From positions 89,440-153,439 of the forward strand of contig BCKQ01000012.1 of assembly GCA_001600695.1 (NCBI GenBank): 64,000 bases of DNA, read 5' to 3'. The translations under genes and the position numbers were made by a program. Below, one piece after another: positions 11,766-22,266 of the stretch. The DNA comes from Ascoidea asiatica JCM 7603 (Eukaryota; Fungi; Ascomycota). Position 1 is the first letter of the stretch, and every line of letters starts with the position of its first letter. Below the pieces are notes generated by a model. That model was not told the origin of the DNA. It worked only from the letters and a program-made list of their open reading frames with translations, and did no database searches.

Positions 11766-12953
11766 ATGAGTAAAATATTTACTTTAGAAACTTCAATTTA
11801 TAAAATTTGGTATTTTTCACCTGATAATGATACTTTACCATTATATTCAATTCAAAATCTAACTAATAATAATGATGAAACTAAACTTAAAGAAATTAAA
11901 ACTCTTAAAAGAGATGATGATTTACATATCATAAGTAAAATCATTTCATCTAATGATAATCAATCCAATAATGATTTAAATAATAATTTAAATAATAATT
12001 TAAATAATAATTTAAATGAAGAAATTCAATTGAAACTTAATGATAAATTCTTAGGTTCTATAAATTCTGAAAAACTTTCAAATTTAGCTGAATTAATTTC
12101 AATTTGGAAAAATGGTTTATCTTATTTAGATCAAATTAATTCAAAAATTAAATATATTAATAAAAATAATAATCTTATAACTAAAAAAATTCTTAATTCA
12201 ACTGATAGTAATAATACTTCAAATAATAATAATAATAATAAATTTAATAAAATTAAAGAAAAAATAAAATTATTAAAATATTTACAAATTAATTCAAATA
12301 ATTATATAAATTTAAAAGATTTAAATTTAAAAATTATAACTTGGAATATTAATGGTAATTCAAATTCTTATTTAAATAAAAATGAATTAGATAATTTTAA
12401 AAATTTATTTGCTTTAAATGATAATATTAATTCAAATATTCATATTTTTATAATTAATTTACAAGAAACTATACCATTATCTGTAAAAAATTTATATTCA
12501 AATCCTGAATTAATTAAAAATTGGTATATATTTATTTTAAATCTTTTAAATAATAATAATAATATTAATAATATTAATAATAGTCAATCAAATTATAAAT
12601 ATGAATTTTTATCAAGTAATAGATTATTAGGTTTATCTACAATTATTATTGTTAAAGATTATCTTAAAAATTTAATTTCAAATATTAAAATTCAATCAAT
12701 TGGTACTGGTTATTTAAATCTTTATGGAAATAAAGGTTCTTTATTAATAAAATTTAATTTAAATTTTAATGAAAATTTAATTTTTAATAAAATTTCAAAA
12801 AAATTTAAAATTATTAAAAATTTTGGTTATAAATTTATTTTTTTAAATTTACATTTAAATGCAGGTCAAGATTCAACAAATTTATTAAAAAGAAAAAATC
12901 AATTAAAATTAATTGAAAATTCATTTAATTTAAAAAAATTTTATTTACCAAAT

Positions 12954-12984
<31 letters not shown>

Positions 12985-13169
12985 TTGATAATTATAATAA
13001 TGAAAATAGTGATGATAATTTAAATAAAAATAAAAATTCATTTATAGATTTTGATAAACAAAGAAATTCATTTAATTTTTCAAAATTATTATCAAGTAAT
13101 CCAAATTTTAATCTTACTGGAATTGATGAAGAAAATGATTCTAATGATATTGATAATAATAATCATGAA

Positions 13170-13213
<44 letters not shown>

Positions 13214-15698
13214 AAAACTAGATGAAGATGATGAAACTGTTCTATTCACTTTAGATGATTTTGATAAAGATAATAAAAGAATTTATTCTTCTGATGATGA
13301 TGAAAATGATAAAACAACTACAACTACAACTACTGATAATGATAATAATGAAGAATTTACAATCTTAAATTTAAATAAAATTAAAAATGAAATAAATAGT
13401 GAAATTAAAAATGATAGTCAAATTTCTTTAAATACAACTTCCACATCTATTTCAAATTTAAGTAATACTGATATTAGTGAATCAAATATATCTAAAAATT
13501 CAATGATTTTAATGAAAAATTCAATTTTAAAAAATTCAAATTCTTCTTCAAATTATATTGGTAGACCAAAATTAAATAATAATCATAAAAATTATAATAA
13601 TAAATTTAATAATCTTAATAATATTGAACCTGATATTTTAGCAGGTGAAGATTTTGATTTTGAAATTCCAAGTGATAATGATGATAATAATAATGATTAT
13701 GATTTAAATAATATTCATGATTATAATAATACTACCAGTAGTAATAATACTGATGATGATGATTCTGAAAATAAAAATATAGAAAATTGTTTTATGATTG
13801 TTAGTGGAGATTTCAATTTTAGAATAAATTTAGAATCTGATAGTTTATTAAAGGCTTTATTAGATAGAAATTTATTTAAAGAATTAATAAAATATGATTC
13901 TTTAACTATTTTAAAATCTGAATTACCAATTTTAAATCAATTAGAAGAAGCTCCAATTAGATTTAGACCTTCATATAAATTTAAAAAATTTGAATCAAAT
14001 TTATCTGATAATAACAAAAATAATAAAAACAATAAAAATAATAATAATAATAATAATAATAATGAAAATGATGAAGAAGAAAATAATTTAAGAAGAGATA
14101 GAATAAATAATTTATTAACTGAAGAATATAGAGAATATGATTTTGAAAGAAAACCATCATATACAGATAGAATTTTTTTCAATGATTTTTACAAACAAAT
14201 AGTTGCAGTTAATTATTTTATTAATGAATATTTTCAAGTTAGTGATCATAAACCAATAATTTTAGATTTAAAGATAAATAACTTAAAGATACAAAATTTA
14301 TTTAAAAAAGAAAAATTAATTTCAGAATATTATGAAAATTTAAATAATAAATTGAATTTAGAGATAATTCTGAAAAATCCAGAAATTAAAATAAAAAAAA
14401 TTGAAAATAAATTTTCTAATTTGAAAAATTTTGATTATGATAATTTATTACAAAATTATCAAATTTCTTTTGAAAATTTAAATGATAATGAATGTTATTG
14501 GGAACTTAAACTTAATAAAGATTTAATTCATTTATTTAAAAGAGATAATGAAAAAAATTTCAATTTTGAAGATGATTTCAATCAAGATAAATTTTTAGAA
14601 AATTTTATTATTTTAGAAGATAATTATAAATTTAATAAATTGAATAAAATATATGGAAATTCTTTTATCAATATTAACTTTAAATTTAATAAAATTATAC
14701 CGTTAAATGTTAAAAAAATCGAGCTTATATTTATTTTAAAAGTTAAAGAATTTCAAGATTTTTTCATTAATTTTGAATTCAATTATGAAGATAATAATAA
14801 TTTTTATGGAGAAAGTTTAGATTTTTTCAATAAAGAAAAAAATTATAATAATAATTCAATCCCAAAAAATCTTTATTTATTAATAAACTTTATTAGTGAT
14901 GAAATTAAATTCAATTTTGATATTATTGCTTTTGAATTATTCAATGAAAAAAATGAATTAGTTGATTCAAATTTATTGAAAAATATAAATAAGTTAAATT
15001 GTTTTATTCATAAAATTATAAATAATAATGAGAGCTTTAATGATAATAAAGAATTTTTAAATTTAATTGAGGAAGTTAATAAGTATGATTTAAATGAAAT
15101 TAAATTCAATAATAAAATTAAAAATAAAAGTAAAGTATATGAGAAACAAATCATTATTAATAAAAATCTAGGTAATTCAATTTTTTTTTATAATTTATTG
15201 AAATTATTGAATAGTATTGATGGTGGAATTATACCAGAAAGTTTATTTTTATTATTAATTGAAGAAATTGATAAGGATATTAATTTTATTAATAAAAAAT
15301 TCAAAAATATTGGAACAATTGATAAGCAAGAAGAAATTAAAAATATAATAATAACAAAAATCTTAGAAATTGTACCAGGGGTTAGATCAAATACATTTAT
15401 ATTTTTGATTTCCTTTTTAAGGCTTTTTTTAGATAATTATTATAAAGAGAATCAAAAAAAAGAGAAAGAAAAAGGAATAGAAATAAAAGATAAAACGGGT
15501 ATTTCAGCATTAACAGAAGAAGAAAAAAATCAACATAATAAGATTGATCTAGAATCTAAACAGGTTATAGATACTCTTCAGAAGCAAAAAGAAGAAGAAA
15601 TTATTGGACTATTTGAAGATTCATTATTTAATACAAGAGATAAAAATCTTCAAGAAAAAAGACATAGAATTTTATTATTACTTTTAAGTAGTAATTGA
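11766..15698 (+). CDS. Inositol polyphosphate 5-phosphatase with C-terminal ASH and RhoGAP-like region (OCRL/INPP5B type)
   Basis: Catalytic motifs ITWNING, NLQE, GNKGS, NLHLNAG, GDFNFRI, PSYKF, RKPSYTDRIF, SDHKPI. The C-terminal motifs resemble OCRL. Confidence 0.85.
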
Positions 15699-16231
15699 AG
15701 TACGATCATATATACATAAACGTTTCATAGATTATGTATTTACTTATTGACTTTAAATATATTTATAACATAAATAAAGCTTTTATTTTCAAACAACATT
15801 CCAGATTCTAAACCTTAAATTATTAAAATCCTAAACTTTAAATAGAGTTTTTATTTTCAAATTTTCGGCTTTTTCCGTTCTATCCGCATCTCGGATTTCG
15901 GATTTAAATGTTCAGAAGAATATTACGGGCCGAGAAAGCCGCCAGTTATAAAGTATTTCGATAAAAAAGCCACTTCTCTTAACAAGCTTTAATGATTAAC
16001 TGATACTTTCTTTAAATCCCTTAAATCCTTTTAAACTTTTTAATTTCTTGAAGACTTTAAAGCTCGTAAATATTTTTTTTCCATAATTGTATTGAATAGC
16101 TATTGAATAGAATTGATTTTTTTGATTTAATTTATTATATAATGGAGCATTTATTTTCATATTTTTTTGAATTATAATTAATAATAAAAGATGAAAATAA
16201 TAAAAAAAAAAGTTTGTTTAATTATCCGAAG

Positions 16232-16936
16232 ATGATTAAAGGTGTTGTATTTGGAGGAAGTGGACTTCTTGGTGGATCATTTTTAAAAGAAGCTGAAAAA
16301 TATTCTAATATTGAAAAATTATTTGCAATTAATAGAAGAGAAATTTCTGAACAAAATTTATTAAAAAAAACTAAATCAATTGTGAATTCAGATAATTCAG
16401 AATGGTTTAAGGTTATTAAAGAATTAAAAGATAAAGAAGATATAAACACAGTATTTTGTGCACTTGGTAAAAGAAAAAGTGAAGGTGGTAATAAATTAAC
16501 AAAAAAAGAAATTGAATTTGATTTCACAACCAAACTTGGAAAATATTGTAAAACAATTGGAATTGAAACTTTTATATTTTTTACAGCAAGTGGAGCAAAT
16601 AAAGATTCTAAAATTGAAATTCTTAAAGATAAAGGTAGAATTGAAGAAGAAATTGAAAAAAATAAATTTAAAAGAACGATTATTATTAGACCAACTACTG
16701 TTTTAGGAGATACAGAAGAAAGATTTAATAATTATAATTTTGCAATTAGATATGCTTCAAAATTATCTGCAATTGCTCATGGAACAATATTTTCACCATT
16801 ATTGTTATCACCTTTATATGCAGATGAAATTTCTAATGGAATACTTAAATATCTTCAATCAAATTCAATCAAAAAAGATGATACTCCTATTGTTAAAATT
16901 TTGGAACCAAAAGATATTATCAAAATCATTAACTAA
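16232..16936 (+). CDS. Fmp52-like NAD(P)-binding Rossmann-fold protein (TIP30-like atypical SDR)
   Basis: VFGGSGLLG, FCALG, TASGAN...KGRIEE, IIIRP. The first ATG is at 16232; the track starts at an upstream TTG. Confidence 0.8.
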   Translation: MIKGVVFGGSGLLGGSFLKEAEKYSNIEKLFAINRREISEQNLLKKTKSIVNSDNSEWFKVIKELKDKEDINTVFCALGKRKSEGGNKLTKKEIEFDFTTKLGKYCKTIGIETFIFFTASGANKDSKIEILKDKGRIEEEIEKNKFKRTIIIRPTTVLGDTEERFNNYNFAIRYASKLSAIAHGTIFSPLLLSPLYADEISNGILKYLQSNSIKKDDTPIVKILEPKDIIKIIN

Positions 16937-19242
16937 ATATATAAATAAATAAATAAATAAATAAAACATATTATCTGAGAAGGGTTTACTGTAGAATATA
17001 ATCACCCAAACATCCTTACACCATTCTGCTGACAACATTGTTACGTAATTATTCCCGAGATTTTTATTTGTGCTATCAAAAAGTCTCTCCTATCTGGCAT
17101 TGAAGAATGTTGAATATGATTGGCTGTTAGAAGGAAGCGAGTTATTCAAGTCACGCGACAGAAAGTAACGTTAGTAAACAGAAGAGCATGAACAGAAAAC
17201 AAAACACAAAAAAATGAGTGGAGAAGCAAAAGGCAATTAATTTTAATGAATGATTTTAATTAACAAGTTAATAATTTAATTTAATTGAAAACAAATGATT
17301 TATTAAATGATTTACGCGTCACGAACAGACAACTGTCGATCCAGCGATCTCATTCTAGCCAGAATTAGTCTCAAGACCCTTCTGTGGTTGGCGTGTCAAT
17401 ACCACGCTGCTGCCGTGTACCTGCTGTTAAAAATAGCCATGCGTTGGCTGGCTTGCGTGCACAAAGCCTCCGTCAAATCCCTGCACCAGCGTTAGAGTCT
17501 TACCTGTATTACTAGGACTGTCTCTCAAGTAGAAGCCTGTTTTAAATGGATCTTACACCAGGTTAATTTCCAGAAAAGGTGTTTTAAGGCTAGTGCGAGG
17601 TCGTTAAATTGTTTTACTCTGAGTTTGAGAGCCCCGAAGGAAGCACATTGGTGTTTGTGCACGTCCTGGTTGTACAGGTGTCCTGAACGGTCAGGGTTCG
17701 CGAGACCGATCGGGGAAGAGCTGGAAGAAGAGCGGGAAGTGACAAACTCAGAGCGCGGTGCAAAAAGGAAATGGATTGGCTGGCGAGGGCAAAATTGGTT
17801 CACTGCAAATCACAATCAATTTGATTTATTAGCAAGGAATGATGATTTTGTCAGTTTATTTGCCTATCCACATTCTGCAGACTGTTAAATATAAATTATA
17901 AAATAAAATATAAAATATTGGATTATTAGAATATTGGAATATAAAAATACAGGTATTTATATTTGAGATCAAATAAATAAAAATACTTTGAGAAACAAAT
18001 ATCCAGGTCATGTTGAAAATAATGATCCAAAGGAGAGATATAATTTCTTTTTGTTGAGTAATTTGCCTATTGACGAGATATATTTAAGATTGAGTATTAT
18101 TGTAAATTTTCTTTTTTTTTGAAAAAATAACGTTACTAAATTTAGCTAAATCTGAAGAAATAAATTTTCAAAAAGGGAATAAATTTAATGTTTCATACTT
18201 TTAACTTCTGTTTTCTCCTGAAAGTTCCACCATTATTGAATTATATACTAATAAATTTAAAACAATTTATTATTAATAAGTAATCTTAATTCAGTTAAAA
18301 TCACAATTCAAAAACCACCATTTAAAAACTGAAGAATTTCCAGTATCTTATGATCTCAAATTACTTTTTCAAATTTTATATATTAAGCATTTGAATCACG
18401 AATCAAGTAAATAAATAAATGACAATTTTCTCAATTTTCTCAATTTTCTCAACTTGTTCATTTTTATCATTTTGAAAAATTTTGTTAATCTACGTAGGCT
18501 AATTTATTTTTCAGTTTTTTACTTCTTACTTTAAAAATCAAATAGAATTATTATTTTCAAATACAAGTTCAAGTTCAAGTTCAAGTACAGAACTTCCTAA
18601 GTCTTAGTTTTGATTTTTAGTTCCTAAAATTTTATTAAAATAAATTTCAAAAAAAAAGATAGTTCAGAAAAAAAAAAAACGATTTGGAAATATTGAAATT
18701 AAATAAATTTCATATTAATTTGATAATTATCCAAAATTATAGAAACTTTTAACTACTTATTTCCATCATTATTTACAATATTTCAAATTCATATCATCTA
18801 TTATAATTATATTTTTTAAAAACCTCATCGAATTTCATTTAATATCAACTAATGAAACTAATAATAATAGTTTAATAATAATATTTTAATAATATTACTA
18901 CTGTATAATATTATAATTTAATTATTATATAATACTCTATTAAATACTCTAGTTTATATAACCCCTGCTATTATCTATTATCTATTATCTTATATTCTTT
19001 TCTCTTCACATTTATAACTCAGATCATTTTAATTTATTTTAATCATATTTATTCCTTTATCAATCTAATAACTCAATATAATAGATATCATCATACTCAT
19101 CAAACACTTCAATACTTCAAATACTTTCAAATCTATTAATTTTAATATCAAATTCTAATTCTAATTCTAATTCAAATTCAATTTTAATCAATAATCAATA
19201 ATAAATAATCATTTCATATACTTTAAAATTATAAAAAATAAT

Positions 19243-20937
19243 ATGACAATGAGTCCTTATTCTTCACCATCAAAGAGAAATTCATGGTGGTCAAAAAGAC
19301 CATTTAAGAAATCAAATGATAACTTAGATGATTTATCTCAACCTCCAAAAAGACCTTCATTATTATTTGAGAATTCAAATAACTCAAATCATTCAAATCT
19401 TTCTTCAAAATCTTATAATGATAGTAATAATACAATCAATACTAATACTAATTCCTTCAATAATAACAATAACAATAATAATAATAATCAACAAAATGAA
19501 AATGAAATCTTTGGTATACCTTTAGATCAATCAATTAAAAAAGCTTCTGCAAAAATTTCTGTTTTAAATAATATTAATCAAGATAAAGATGATATAGTTT
19601 ATTATGGAAAAATTCCAATAATTGTTGCAAAATGTGGTAATTATTTAAAATCAAATGCTTTAGAAACTCAAGGTATATTTAGATTAGGTGGTAATTCAAA
19701 AAGAGTTAAATTATTACAATCAATTTTCAATAATTCAGATATTAATGATTCAAATTTTAATTTCAATTATGGTAAAAATTTATCTTTCATTGATAATTCT
19801 TTGAATATAACTTTTACTGTTCATGATGCATCTTCAATTCTAAGAAGATATTTAAATGCTTTACCTGAACCAATAATTCCTTTAAATCAATATGAAAATT
19901 TTAGATTACCTTTAACTTCGAGACCAAGAATTTTAAGATATTTAAAATTTAGATCCTTACCAATGACACATTCTTCTCATCCAAGTTTTGCTTCAAATGT
20001 CGTAAATATTCCAAATAGTCAAAATAATTCAAATAATCAAAGTAGTCAAAGTAATCAAAATAATATACAAGGTTTATCACCTCCAATAACTCAATACAAT
20101 AAACAGAAATTATCTGCAGAATCTCTGAGTTCTTTTTCTTCAAATTCTTCAATTGATTATAACTCAAATCAATCTCAATCTGTTCCAATACCAACTACTA
20201 CAATCAAAATCACAGCTCCAAGTGAATCTTCAATGACAAATGATAAAGATTCTTCTTCATTACCATTAAATGATTACATATTAAAAGATTCAAAAAATTC
20301 AAAAGCTAAATCAAATGATATTTCAAATTCAGAATTAAAAAGAAAAAAAAATTTAAGAAGACATAAAAGATTAGTTAAAGATATAACAAATGCAATGGAT
20401 GAATATCAAATTTTAATTAATAATTTACCATTAAATTCAAGACAGTTATTATTTTATTTATTAGATTTATTAGCAATATTTGATTCAAATTCAAAAAAAA
20501 ATTTAATGAATGCAAAAAATTTAAGTGCAATTTTTCAACCTTCAATTTTAAATCATCCAAAACATAATTTATCTCCAATTGAATATAATTTATCTCAAGC
20601 AATTGTTGAATTTTTAATTGAATATTCCTATAAATTATTACCCCATGCAACAAATTATGCTATTCAAAAACAAAATGAGAAACAAAAACTAAAAAATCTT
20701 ATAAACAAAACAAATTCTTCATCTACAAAAACAAATTCTTCTCCAGCTACAATAACAAACTCTTCAACTAGTAAAACTGCTAAAAAATTGTTAAAATACA
20801 GTAATGTTAATAATTTAAACAAATCTTTAGATCTAGAATTACAAAATGAATTCAATAATATCCATGGCCATAATCATTCTGATAGTCATTCAGCAAATTT
20901 TGATCAAAGTCCTCCTCCAAAAATATTATTTATTTAG
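19243..20937 (+). CDS. SAC7: Rho GTPase-activating protein, Sac7/Bag7 family
   Basis: IFGIPL..SI, GKIPIIVAKCG.YLK, GIFRLGG (arginine finger intact), VHDASSILRRYLNALPEP, NLMNAKNLSAIFQPSIL.HP.H. Confidence 0.85.
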   Translation: MTMSPYSSPSKRNSWWSKRPFKKSNDNLDDLSQPPKRPSLLFENSNNSNHSNLSSKSYNDSNNTINTNTNSFNNNNNNNNNNQQNENEIFGIPLDQSIKKASAKISVLNNINQDKDDIVYYGKIPIIVAKCGNYLKSNALETQGIFRLGGNSKRVKLLQSIFNNSDINDSNFNFNYGKNLSFIDNSLNITFTVHDASSILRRYLNALPEPIIPLNQYENFRLPLTSRPRILRYLKFRSLPMTHSSHPSFASNVVNIPNSQNNSNNQSSQSNQNNIQGLSPPITQYNKQKLSAESLSSFSSNSSIDYNSNQSQSVPIPTTTIKITAPSESSMTNDKDSSSLPLNDYILKDSKNSKAKSNDISNSELKRKKNLRRHKRLVKDITNAMDEYQILINNLPLNSRQLLFYLLDLLAIFDSNSKKNLMNAKNLSAIFQPSILNHPKHNLSPIEYNLSQAIVEFLIEYSYKLLPHATNYAIQKQNEKQKLKNLINKTNSSSTKTNSSPATITNSSTSKTAKKLLKYSNVNNLNKSLDLELQNEFNNIHGHNHSDSHSANFDQSPPPKILFI

Positions 20938-22266
20938 TTATTTTATTCTATTTTTGGATCAGGGATTTATCGTTTATTTTTAGTATATCGTTTGTACACT
21001 AATATATTATTCAAATGTTAAGATTCTCAACTAAAGAACTTCAGGGTCATTTGATTTAATATATTTGTTGTTCTCACTTAGCCCTGTTTTTGTTTTGTTT
21101 TTGCTTATCTACCTTTTCTTATATTCTTTTTTATTTTCATTTTCCAATGACAGTTATCCTTTTAATGACTTTTTATGACATGCAGAAAGCCCCTTTTTAC
21201 CTTTATTCAAACAGTTTATCACTCAAACAAATGGACAATACAATATTTTATACCTACTTTCTGTTATATTTCTATATTTGTTCTTACTTTCTTCTTTTTA
21301 TTTTGCTATGCTTTATTTTGTTTTCTTTTGCTCCCTCTGTTGAATATACTCCCACTTTTAGTTTCTGTATCTATTTATAATTTTTACTGTTTTCTTTTGG
21401 TCTTTCTAATAATCATTTGTCTAATTATCTGTTAATTAAATTATTGTTGACTTTTACTTGTTTGTCTTTTAATCAGAAATGAACCTAAATTATATTTTCT
21501 ATTTTTATTGAAAGTTCTCCTCTCTCTTTTCGCTCTTTTCCTGGCATTATTCATTGCATTTTTCAGCTTTTCTCAAATTTTAAATCATGATAATTTACTA
21601 AACAATTTTGTTCAATTTTTTTTTTGTTTTGTCACTTTCTTTTAAGAGAATTTATGATATGTTTTTGCTTTTTGAGATGACTATTTCTTTTGACATTTCC
21701 AAAATTTCCTTTTATTTTAGTTGTTATGATTATTTCAGCTCTTTATTTTTACGTGGTTCAGTTTTACATTTGTATACAGATATGATTTTCCCTTTTTTTT
21801 TTATTTTATCGACCTTTCTTTATTTACAAGAATATGATCTTATATTTAGCTTTTTTAATACATATTTAGTTTTCTTCAAAACTTTTATCGTTTTAGTAGA
21901 CATAATAATAGTAATATTTATTTAATGAAAGATTAGCTATATAATTTTAATGACTTAGCAATATATGACTTTAATATTGTATAGGAAATGAGAAATCTAT
22001 AAAATAATGCAAAACAATGAAACAAAATAGAAAATAAAAAGAAAACAAAACAAAAACAAAGGTATAAAATTCTTTCAAAAAAAGTTATAAAAAGTAAACA
22101 ATTAAAAGCATATAATGGAAAGCAATTTTTCATAAGAGTATGAAAGATAATAATAATTAGCAATACTTAGTAGTTTAATAAATTTCTTTTAGCAAATTAG
22201 GGAAAAAACTTTTATAAGAAATAAGCAGTTCTTGAATATACTACTATATATATATATTTTTTTTAA

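Noticed and set aside
17307-17888. Short ORFs or a possible snRNA in the GC island
   Set aside because: No protein motif, and no convincing U1/U2/U4/U5/U6, SRP or RNase P/MRP signature by eye. An Rfam scan is still needed.
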